DNA of 32,000 bases, from assembly GCA_002794465.1 (NCBI GenBank), contig MTSL01000199.1, forward strand, positions 29,224 through 61,223, read 5' to 3'. Position numbers and translations under genes: made by a program. This DNA comes from Paramicrosporidium saccamoebae KSL3. Its lineage: Eukaryota > Fungi > Cryptomycota. The notes under the pieces were generated by a model that was not told the DNA's origin, made no database searches, and was given only the letters and a program-made list of their open reading frames with translations. This document shows, in pieces, positions 1 to 11,225 of the stretch (its first letter is position 1; every line of letters begins with the position of its first letter).

Positions 1-172
1 GCAGTGTCCGTTCCCAATAAGCGGCCCCAACCCAGTCATATTGAGGAGAACGGTCTATAAAGTGCACCACGTCCTTTAATAAACAAATGCTTTTCCTCAA
101 CCAGCAGGTCCTATTACTAACCTCGAGTCTACATTGTGAGGTATATTTCTGCAAACCCCAACAAAGGACCTG
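1..172 (-). CDS. Possible partial coding exon of a gene running off the left edge (unknown product)
   Basis: Stop-free minus frame reads ...RLEVSNRTCWLRKSICLLKDVVHFIDRSPQYDWVGAAYWERTL to the window edge. CCAAT boxes (343-347, 348-352) and TATA-like tttataaaa (~277-285) lie upstream on that strand. No family firmly recognised. Confidence 0.3.
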
Positions 173-391
173 TTAAACAGCATCCGTTTGTCACTGGTAA
201 GCCCGATCCAGATAGCGATCTTGCAAACCGTTCCCGTTATACCAAAGGTGGCTGTCTATAAAGGGGCCAAACATTTTTATAAAAACAAGTCCGTTCTTCA
301 ACAGAGCCTCAGTGGCTTATAATTTCCTATCTGAAATCTCAACCAATCCAATCTCACGTCCGATCAATTCACCACCTCGCGCGTTTAATAA

Positions 392-2062
392 TTATGCCGG
401 CAGTGTTGGAGTTGCCATGGATAGCTTATCGGCCTCCTGTGACTCCTAAAAACATTAGTACGGCCCCCAACGTACCTGTCCATGGGAACGAGAGAGCAGT
501 GAAAACCACAGCGTAGCCTTCAAGTAGTCGCCCTTGCTCTGATCGTCTTTAGCAACGGACAAGATTGCCGCTTGCAACGTGGGATCAGTTACTGGCTCGG
601 GTGAATTCAAGATGGCTGGATTAGAATCCAGGTAGTAGCGAAAGTGAGAAATAGCTTCTTGTAACTTTTTCATTTTGATGTATACAGCTCCCAGAGACAG
701 ATAAACATCTGTAGGCGCATCCCTGCACTCGATAGCTTTTTGGAACGCTGTCAGTGCTTGTCCAAGCTGTCCATTCAGTAAAAAACAATTTCCTAGGCCA
801 GTGTAGGCACGGTGATCATTGGGTGCAAGCCTGCATGCACGGGAGAAAAACTCCAAAGCCAACGGCAACGAATCAAGCAGTTCGTATATTTGTCCCAGTC
901 CAAACCACCCTCGAAAGTCATTTGGGTTTATCTCTAAACCATTGGTACATATGTAGTCAAAGATACCTGTTGCCCTCAAGTAACAGTCAATTGCGGCTTC
1001 TGGCTGCCGCAACTCTAGATATTGCTGTGCTGCAAGAATCCACGCTGAAGACCGCTTGGGATTGAGACGAGTGGCCCGTCTAAAGTAAACAGCAGCTTTT
1101 TCGTGGTCGCCACACAAGGAATGGTAATTTCCGCTAATATGGCAAGTGACAGGATGCAATTCTTTTATAGCATATGCTCGATTCATCAATTCTTGCAGAT
1201 CAGACTTTTGCCCCTTTAAAAATAAAATATCCGAGTAGAAATCCATTCCATCGAGACTGCAAGAATGAGTTTCCAGGATTTGTTCATAAATTTCCTCAGC
1301 CTTGTGATTCTCTAGCTTATGATAATGCAACCCTGCAATCTGAAGCCGAGTAAAGTGGAGGTTTCTGAGGATAGACGGTGCATGAATATTGGAGCTCCAT
1401 ATGTTTATGCGCCAAGTCCCTTGAAGATATAACAAGAACAGTGACGACATTGGATGGTCAGGAATGTCAAGATTAAACTCTGGAAGCTGGGCAATCGCAG
1501 TTGCAAGCTGTTCCCAGGTTTCATAGCAGTATGGATTTAATATAAAACTTTCCCGGGCGTGATTGAATGCAGAGGAATAGTTTTTCATCCGATTTTCATA
1601 CATTGAGAGCAACAACAACTGATACGAATCTTTGCCAAATTCCGGAATTGAATCATACAGACACCTTAGACGCGATAGCTGTTTATCTTCTTGGTTCACG
1701 TCTACTTCCTCGGCATGCTAAACATTATCAAATATTAAAGGTATCCATACTAATAATTCGGCATAGTAAAATACAAATGTATCCACATTTGTACGATTTT
1801 TGCATCTTTGTAAAATGTCAATGACTCGGGATATCTGCTGCTGGTCAAAATAGCTCTTGGCGAGTTTTGAAATTGCCAGTGTCGTAATATTACATTCGTC
1901 GATATCGAGTTCAACTTCGAGTTCGAGGAGTATTTCCAATGCCCTAAGAAATCAGGTAAATAGCTCGAAATCTGACCATGAAACGGAGGAATATAAACAA
2001 CGCAGCGTGGAATTCTGTACAGTTAAAATGAGACCCTTCTCAATCTCTAGCAGGGCGGCCAT
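392..2062 (-). CDS. CDC23: Anaphase-promoting complex subunit 8 (Cdc23/APC8), ~513 aa, 4 introns
   Basis: APC8 motifs LRCLYSSVSWALEIL, LAKSYFD, MDFYSDILF and YLRATEINPNDFRGWFGLGQIYE; TPR repeats. GT-AG introns at 1944-1976, 1718-1750, 934-966 and 446-475 join ORFs 1718..1939 and 455..1699. Confidence 0.93.
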
Positions 2063-2112
2063 TTTTCCGTTTCCTTAACGTCTGCCGGGGAGACTCCCCT
2101 ATCCAAGGACAC
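2063..2112. promoter_or_regulatory. 50-bp bidirectional promoter between CDC23 and POM152
   Basis: Divergent ATGs at 2062 and 2113. Contains ccgggg and a short inverted repeat gggag-a-ctccc. Confidence 0.65.
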
Positions 2113-5100
2113 ATGATGTTGGATGCAGTGGGCCAGCGTCAATGCGTTCTGGCCATCGCTGTTGCTGTCCAGTGTATCAAAATTTATGACAGGCTCCATT
2201 TGAATGCGTCGCTTGGAATATTTTTGATAAAATGGATCACTATAGAGACCGTCCTCCTCCTGTCGCTCTGGCGGGCGCGTATTCCTCGCCTGACTTTTTC
2301 ATTTATACTCACCCTGTTTTTTACCATTCTTGTGTGCGTGTTTAATGTGGCGGTTTTTGCTGGAGTACCCGGAGCCATCAAGTTTATACGTCTCCATTAC
2401 ATGCCACTCTCCGCGACAGTAGAAATGGTCGGTATTGAACATCAGGACGTCGACGATATTGCAGGCTCCAAGGAGCTCCTTCTTGAAGGTAACCGCCACA
2501 CCTTCTAGCTGACCGTGTAGATATAAGTGGAGATAATCACTTGGCTGGAAGTTATACGGTAAAGTTTAGGCCGTGGGCTGTGGGAAATTTTAATCCTGAA
2601 CGAAAGGTTCTCTGCCTCCCAAACTCGACCCCAATGCCGAATTCTCAAGGGCTATCCGAGGCATTAAGACGTCCTATTGTGACTTCTGAACGTTCATCTA
2701 AAATTGGGATCCCACTGTTCCTCTCAGGAGTGGGCCCATGGACAGTGACCATTATCCGCGATGGGTCCTTTTATTCAGAAGTAATTGTAAAGGAAAGTGC
2801 ACCGTCCAAATCACTCACCGAGATTATTGTTGATCAGCCTGGCAGATTTCAAATCAGTAAACTTGTCGACGGGAATGGCTCACCAGGCCGTATTGAAAAT
2901 GTGGAGCCTGTTGAAATCGCATCATGTCCTCAGGCTCGTTTGGACGGGCTAGTCATCAGGCACGGTGTTGAAATGTGCAATAATGCTTCATTTCCTGTCA
3001 AACTGTGGCTCTCCGGTCATTCTCCATTTACGGTATTCTTTGAGACTGTGAATGAGAAATCAACTGAGCAAGTGGTGGTCTCCAATGTCGTCCCATCTGC
3101 GACAAAGAGCGGATTATTCAGCATGTGGATATACAATCTCCCAGGCAATCCCCATCTTTCCCAGTATCTGCTCCGCATAGCTGCCATCCAGGACTCGACA
3201 GGAAGAATGCATCGCTACGGAATATGGGACAACGGGGACGCTGCTATTGTAAACTTGGTCCCTCCGCCTAGCATTAAGTGGGCCCATCTTGCCACAAACG
3301 CTTTGAAACTTAAGGAGAACGAGCCGCACATTTCTTTAAAAGCTGAAATGGCAGGCCGTAGTCCCTTTTCACTCGAAATTGAGCGTCCTGATGGTACATC
3401 CTTGCAATTAACGGGGATTAAGGACAAATCCGCACTGATAAAGGCTTCCGCTCCCGGTACATATCGGCTAAAGTCTTTCAAAGACTCCATGTGTGAAGGA
3501 AAGATTGATATTCAAAATGAAGTATCGGTGCAGCTTGTCCATGCACCTACGCTTCACGTCACAGCCGAAACATTAAAGTCGCCGTGTAGGGGTGATATGG
3601 GGATTGCGTTTAAGCTAAACTTGACAGGAGAAGGACCTTGGAAAATCCAGGCAAGGCAGCGGAATAGAAACTTGAAATCCGATCAAGTACTTGAAATCAA
3701 AGCCCAGACCCCCAGGTTGGATTATGTATGGAAGCCATCACTTCCGGGAGTTTACGAACTAGATCTTGTGGCCCTGTCCGATTTGAACTTTTCAAAGCAG
3801 CCTCTGAAAGACTTGCATTTTGTGCAAGAAATCAGTCCCGCCCCTGACGCTTCGTTTGTGAGGAAATCAGAGATATTCAGCTGCGTTGGCAATCGAATAG
3901 TACTTCCAGTTTCGTTCTCCGGAACTGCACCTTGGGTTCTTGAGTACTCCATCTTGCATCCCGATGGTGTAGCCAACACGTTAAAATTGGAGACTTCCTC
4001 AGTGAACGTGGACTTGCAGTTAGACGAGTTCACCCAAGGCGGCCGTTTTGTTGTAACACTAGTCTCTGTAATGGACTCGTTCAAGTGCATGGGTAATATC
4101 TCATCGCAATCCGTCCCCGTCACTGTATTTGCCCATCCCCCATCAGTGGGATTCTCCGCTGCCGTCGACAAAATTGTCAATATCCGAGAGGGCACTCGAG
4201 ATTTAGTGCCCATCACATTGACTGCCAATAAGCCGCCTGTGACCATTCATTTACGCCATCCAGATGGAGTTGAAACATATAAAATTGATTCGCATGCAGT
4301 GGGGATTCCGTTAAACAAGTCGGGGAAATGGACGATTGAGAGCGTTTCAGATGAATTCTGCCAAGGGATAGTATTACAGCCCACTGTGGAAGTGATGATG
4401 GTACCGAAGCCTAGCGCTAAATTTGCCGACTCTGCTGCCAAGCTAACATGTCGCTTATCGGAAAATTTCAAGCTGGTGAAAGCATCAGTTTCGGGTAGCG
4501 GAACTATTAACCTCAGCTATACGGTTCAATATGCTCTAGATGAATCTGGTTTACGAACTGCCCAAAAAGAACGTAAGCTTGTCTCCGGGTCTGCTCCATA
4601 TCTGGCATTATCATCTCCCTCACATGCAGCACCCGGATTCTATCGCTACGATCTGATTTCTATCTCCGACTCTTCTTTCTCGGAACAGACACTCAAGGGA
4701 CAGTCTTTTGTTCAGCAAGTACTCCCTGATCCGGCACCGCATGTTCTATCTGCTTTGGAAACTCCTGCATTCTGCTATGATCCAGCCCATAAGAGGATTG
4801 GCCCATTTCTATTAGATTTCACCGGTAGTGAATTGTCTGGCTCTTTGCCTGTGCAATTTTCTTACGAGCTTTTGCGTGGATCAAATCTGTCTACAAAGGG
4901 AACGTTAACATCAACAGACTCAAAGATCCCGATCAAGTTTGATGTTGATGGCATCACGGCGCCCGGGTCTTACCATCTTCGCGTGACAAGAGTCGAAAAT
5001 GCGTTTGGATGTGTGTGGGATTTGCCTCCCCGTATGAGTACCGCCGCAGCCCTCAAAGACAAGTATGCGCTGTCAGTGAATGTTGTTGAACGTCCGTCAA

Positions 5101-5615
5101 TTGCAAGCGCTCCTGATCAGCTGGACTATTTTTGCGTAGGTGATGTTGCCCGTTTCGAATTGTTGGGCACTGGTCCTTGGACCGTGTCATACACTCTCAA
5201 AGATGAGGCAAAGTCAAAGAAGAAGACGGATACTGTGTCCATAAACAGGCTGAATATTTTATTGGCCGAATCTGGTACTTTGGTAATCCACACCGTATGT
5301 AACAGACATTGTTGTGCGGAGATTCCACCAACCGGACTTCAATATTCTGTCCACTCGCTGCCATCCGCGGCCATCTCAGATGGGATGCAGTACTTAAGGG
5401 AAGGTGAAGAAACTGAATTTTCCGTTTCGTTGCGCGGCGTTCCTCCATTCACATTTGCTTATCAACGAATTGACGAATCCGGAGGTCGAGTCGTTGATAC
5501 CGTCACAGTAAACGACGTACAATCCACCGAACATCGCATCAAAGTATCATCAAGTGGCACGTTCCGTGTAGTCCAAGTTAAGGATAGATTTTGTCAATAT
5601 CCAAAAAAACGATAA
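2113..5615 (+). CDS. POM152: Nuclear pore membrane glycoprotein Pom152, ~1156 aa, 1 intron
   Basis: N-terminal hydrophobic region (KWITIETVLLLSLWRARIPRLTFS), then HLAGSYTVKFRPWAVGNFNP, then repeated Ig-like luminal domains with G-x-x-P-[FW] and D-x-x-C-x-G motifs. Intron 2489-2520 (gtaacc...ctgac...tag) joins the two ORFs. Confidence 0.9.
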
Positions 5616-5657
5616 ATGTAATGTTGCATAACTTTCCAATTCCACCTCCCATACAAT

Positions 5658-8601
5658 ATGGAGGAATTCAGACAAAGGTTCTCTCCTTTAGTCGTTGTAT
5701 GTCACGATGAATACCTTAATCAGATTTATTCTATCAACTCAGGCCCTTCTTCATTCTCCCAGTGCTTAAAGAAGACTGAAAAGTTGAATTACACCATCTC
5801 AACAGGTACTTCCGGCCAGTCTAGGCATCTGTTCATCAGAATTGCAAGCGCGAATTCTGTGCATTCTTATTCTCATGACAACTATTTTCATTACCTTGAA
5901 GAAAAGTGGTCCGAAATTGAAGCGAAGAAGATTCCCTTAGAGGACTCCATTGAAGCTATGAGTGTTTCTTGCATGGATGGGGTCTGGCAGCCCAAAGCTT
6001 ACACAACCATCGATCATCCTGTAGCATGCATTCATGCTGTATCTGCAGACAATAATGATGCTTTGAAATGGCTTCTCGATTCCCAGCAAAATTTGCCCCA
6101 CCTGTTGGAGCCTCTGGCGAAGAGAACCATCAGTTCGGATATTTTACATTATTTCGTCTTGGTAAGGTCAGCTGAGACTGTTGGAGGCTACAGAGACACA
6201 CATGTTAATGAGCTATTCTCCGCCATGTGTCGTCATTTTGGTCATAATACAGCCCAGATTATCATTCATTCAGGAAAAGTTCAAGATCAGGATATGCTCG
6301 CTTGGGAAGGACTAATGAGGTCGTTCGTGTCCCAAAGTCTTGCAGTTTTTATGCAAAACTTTGTTAATTCAGGGACACAGGCGGCTAATAGTATCAAGAG
6401 TCCGATGGTCGGACTTGGATTCGCGGGAAAACTCTTTTCTGCGGGACGAAAATGGCTTACTAATTCTTCAGACGGCTCAAATCATTTAGGATCTTCATTC
6501 GATAGCTCTGAATTTTTGACACGAAGAGCGGCCGATTTTTCCATATTAATCGGAGACTGGGCTGAAGCACAATCAATCATCGACAGCTTGATAGACTCGA
6601 TCACAGACGGCAAGGCCAGCACGGTGCTTCGATTACTAAAAATCCTCTTGCTCGCCGTTCAACAAAGGCCACTAGATGACCTGTACCGAGATATCGAATC
6701 TTTGCTGTCATTGGGCGAAAAGGCTGTAGATAGCTCAATTGAATGCGCCTCCTTAATCATCCGTCTGTTCAAGATAAGTGCAAGTATTCCTGAAGACTTA
6801 AAACTGGCCATTCTGGTACGTTTATCAAATATCGTCTCGCAGCCACACATAAAGTCCTTACTATGTGCCATGACCGGGCGATTATATGTCAATAGGCGAG
6901 GGTTTCGCCAGGCACTCTTGCGTTATTATCACTCAGCACATTTACTAAGACAGCAGGGAAAGGTATTTTCAATTTTCTAGCTCTAACTCTTAGATCTACT
7001 TGACAAAACTGATCAATGATGAATTAGAAGCTCTTACTAAGATCATCCCGATAAAATTTGAAAATGCCGCATTTGTTCTCAAGGACTGCACGTATAGGCT
7101 CAATAGCAGGCCCGATCCTGTGGCCGCCTTGGAATTGCTGGACGAATTTGGTTCTTTGGTGGCAAGAGAAGAGCAACTCTTGCTAATGGAGACTCTTCGT
7201 ATGCATTCTAGACATGCCCCGATACATTTTTTGAGTGTTGATCCCTCGAGTTGTTATTTCACAACCTGCGCCATCAGCTCATTGCCCGAGCCATGTGATT
7301 CTGCCTCCACAAGAGCCCATTTAGTCGAAATTTGCAATGGAATCTCGCTTGCTTTAACGACAAGAATCGATATCGAGTGCCTTTGGTTGCGGCACTGCTC
7401 CGTGTCCGTTTGTGATTCAGAGATTCTGCTACTTACAATTTTCTTTAAAAACCGTATATCTGTGCCCCTCACTTTGAGCGACATTTCTCTCCAAGTTTTG
7501 GCCAGTGATGGAACTCCACACACAATTTCAGCAATTGACGACCTTGCCGTAATTATCGAGCCGCTTGATGCAACAAAGACCATATTACGTTTCATGGCCG
7601 ATTTTACTGGCAAGGCTTTGCCGAATCTCATTCTGGCTACGATTAACGGGATAGCTCCTGTTAGTCTGTCATTTAAACCACACTGCTCGGAGTTCGGCGA
7701 ACAAAGTCGCCTTTGTGTTGACCGGAGAGTTCGGTCCCCTCGATTACAGATTGACGTGGAGGGTGTGTCAACAATGACTTTTAACAACCAAGAAATTCAA
7801 GCGACTGTGGTAATTTGGAATACTGGCACCCTTCCTGCTAATAATGTCATATTATTCTCCAGTGGAATCGATTCATTTCCCGCAAAAGGTCTTCCTTTAG
7901 GAGATATTACTCCTGGAACCTCGATTGAAGTGCCTATTTCTTTCCAAATCGATATTCTTGATGCCAACCGGCTCATGATCTTAGCGGCGGAAGCGAATGA
8001 TATCTCAAATGGTGTCTTTTGGAATAGGGCCTTTACTCCACAACTATCCTTCACCGTAAATACCATAGTTACAAAGTCGGTTCTCCTGCTTTCGGTGAAA
8101 AATGTATCTGAACACTTTCTGCTGAATTACTGCCCAGTGATGTGCTCGGCTGACGGGTGGGAAATTACGTCTCAGCCCGATCGTTTGGACATTCCTCCAA
8201 CGCATACGTCTATCTTCGCCTTCCTGTTAGGATCCAAACAGCTTGAAGGGATCAACCTGGTAAGAGGCTTGTCTATCAATTCTGAGTGTTACATACTGGG
8301 TGACTCATACAGGTTTTCGCATATCCTCAGTGAAGAAATGTTCGGCTTGTTAAAGTCAGCAAAGATGCTCGATCCGGGCGAAGAATGTGCCGCGACGTGC
8401 ATATCACCTACATTAAAGTTGAATGCGATGAAACTCCCAAGAGACTTGGACCGTCCAGAGGACAGCCAAAACCCGTGGAGGCCCCGTGAATTAGGCAAGG
8501 CGTTGTTAGAAGCCGGCCTGGATAAAGGGCTCTCGACCATCTCCATACTGCTACCTAGCTATGTCCACTCTGAAAAATTCTCTATGTATTGTGACGATTA
8601 G
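5658..8601 (+). CDS. TRS85: TRAPP III-specific subunit Trs85/TRAPPC8, ~970 aa, 1 intron
   Basis: TIDHPVACIHAVS and RRAADFSILIGDW motifs of the Trs85 N-terminal domain; C-terminal Ig-like segments (FKNRISVPLTLSDISL; VVIWNTGTLPANNV). Intron 6963-6993. Confidence 0.8.
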
Positions 8602-8981
8602 ATAAAATCATTGGTATAATCTGGTTCTCTATAACATTTGTCGTCATTTTGACAAGGACTGCGTCAGAAAGATTCGTCTCGAGAATGCATCTTTTGCAGA
8701 AGTTTTTCTTCACCAAGGATTCTCGGAACAAATTCATAAATGTGCAAAGGACCACTCTATCGTGTGATCCGACCAAAACTCGCTCCTCGGTAATTTCAGT
8801 CTAAAAATTTAGATAGAGCCATGGATATTCATGTTCATACCAGAATGCCCGTCTTGTTTCCGGAACAAAGTCGGATGTACAGGCCATTTGAATATTCTGT
8901 AATCTTGAAAAAAAGTTGCTGTCCATCTATGTCAACCGTTTGCTGGTCCGTAATAGTTGGGAACGAAATAAAATTGGTCAT
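8582..8981 (-). CDS. Proteasome assembly chaperone 3 (PAC3/PSMG3)-like protein, 119 aa, 1 intron
   Basis: Spliced product MTNFISFPTITDQQTVDIDGQQLFFKITEYSNGLYIRLCSGNKTGIL|TEITEERVLVGSHDRVVLCTFMNLFRESLVKKNFCKRCILETNLSD... Intron 8801-8840. Matches by eye the PAC3 pattern (Q-x-x-x-x-x-x-G ... K-x-G-x-L ... [KR]-V-L-[LV]-G). Confidence 0.6.
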
Positions 8982-9176
8982 CTAATCCAATGTTCGGCCA
9001 GACCCCAGCAATGGTGGAACATGGAAATAGCAGGTGACTGATGCGCTGGTGCAGTCTCTCGTCTCGCCAATATCAATAATATGTTAAAATCTAATAACCC
9101 ATACTGGAGCGCACAAAAGATACAGAAGAGTGCGTTGTGGATTTATGTCATATAGTACAATACAGGGTGATTCAAC

Positions 9177-11138
9177 TCAGACTTTGATTCTGTGAGTGGG
9201 ATCACAAATGGACAATCGGGTTTTCACGACAGAAAGCTCTATAAAATGATGAGGCACAGCAAGGTTACTTTGTTGCGACAATATTAAGAGACTTGAGGAA
9301 TTAATCGGTTCGTGGGTTTGAAGAAATGTCAAAAGACATACGGCTCTTCGGTAAAAGTGTTTTGCTGCAGATAAATTTCCTAATAATTCTTGCAAGCCTC
9401 CATCACGGGCCTAAATTAGAGCTACCGATTAAAGGACGTACCAACTTCATTGACAGGGAATAAATAGATGATAGAGCATACACATCATCACTTGCAGAAT
9501 CGCACACAGCATTAGTTAACATCACAGACGACGAACAAGCAGAATTTACCTTTCCCAGAACAAGGTCGAGGGCCGTCGAAAGCCATGATAAAAAATTCTG
9601 CGATTGGGGACCAAAGGAAGCGCTTTGCATTGATTCACTCAATTCGATCAGTAGCAAGGCGGCGAATTTCGAAAAAACCATTGATTCGCGCACCGAATCA
9701 CGCAGTGAGAGCGATGAGCGATCCACACTCAATTCCGCATCCGTAACTGCACCAACCAAAGTGAGTGCCAGTAGTACTTTGTCCCGCATGATGTCATCCT
9801 TGCCTGCGAATTTTTCGAGTATCTCCGTCTCAGCCTGATGACGTAGCAATTTTGATGCCGACGGGGAAGTGACATCAAATGATCTTGCCGAATAAATACT
9901 TCCAGATGCACGACTCGGCGGGGTTCCGAATTTAGAAGAGAGTCTCGCGAATGGAGGGATGCTGGTTGAACTCGAGCTAAGGGAGGAAACTGACTGAGAC
10001 AGATTGCCCTGTTGCGACTCGCCTTGCTTACGATTTAATAATAGCTCCCCACATGAGCGTCGAGACGGAATTGAGTTACGCGGCGGCCGGATCGCCTCCG
10101 GATCGCTCGCTTGCCTGGTTGGCAGCAAGTATTGAGCGGACTGTCGCTCAAAAGACGCTCCTTCGCCGTTATGAAAATATTGGTGCGTAAAAAACTCTTC
10201 AAAGGACATTCGTTCCATTGGATTTTTTTTCAGTAAATTTTTCAGCAAATGGATGCACTCGTCGGATATTTCGGAACGTCTGTGATTACCGCTAGCATTT
10301 GTCGTCTCCGCATAACGAGCCATAGGAGGCACAGGAGATTGATCGATAAGCTTCTGAAGCAAAATGTGATTTGCTGCACGATATGGTGGCTTTCCATAAA
10401 GCATCTCAAACATAATGGCACCAATTGACCATAAATCAGCTTTGGCATCGTACTTTTCGTAGCGCAATATTTCAGGTGCCTAAAGAATTTAGACATGACC
10501 TTTTATCGCTCTACCATGTACAAGGGCGATCCGCACAAGGTTTGTGCCAAATCAGTGGAGAGCATGGATCGAGCAAACCCAAAATCGGCAACTTTTACCG
10601 TTAGTGCGTTGTCTTGCTCCACAAGAAGCAGATTTTGTGGCTTCAGGTCACGATGAACAATATTCCTGACTCTCAATGCTTTTAGTGCGGAAGCTACGTA
10701 TAATAAATACCTGAAGCCGATTACCGATCTGTCGAATTATTTCCTTGACTGTAAATTCTGAAAGTATCCCTTCCTTGCTAATCAGAGCCGATAAATCGCC
10801 CTTGTTACAATATTCGATAATGAGATACATGAATGACTTGGTTTGCTATTAATTGAAGCAACAATATTGGTAAAATTTTACCTGTATTTCAATGAGCTCA
10901 ACAACATTAGGATGCTTCAGGTCCTTCATAATTGAGATTTCTGTGCTCAGACTTTCTGCAAGCTTTTTGTTTAGGCGATGCAGATTTATAGCTTTCACGG
11001 CCACCTTTTCTCTAGTTTTCTCTATATTAGGTCGTTCTGCTGATATACCTCATGGTGAGCTAAATAGACTGTTGCAAATGACCCATGGCCGATAACTTCG
11101 GTCATCTGATAATTTGCAATGCGATGTTCAACTTCCAT
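9177..11138 (-). CDS. ATG1: Autophagy-initiating Ser/Thr kinase Atg1/ULK, ~589 aa, 6 introns
   Basis: [60 protein letters not shown]; Ser-rich linker; C-terminal MIT-like region. Introns 11020-11048, 10846-10881, 10694-10724, 10480-10514, 9411-9441, and 9239-9268 (tentative). Confidence 0.92.
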
Positions 11139-11225
11139 CTCGACAACGTTAAGCAAAAAGAATAAACTGAGGAATGTAACATGTTTCGTTTGTGCACATA
11201 TAACTATATGAAACCTGCGTTTATA

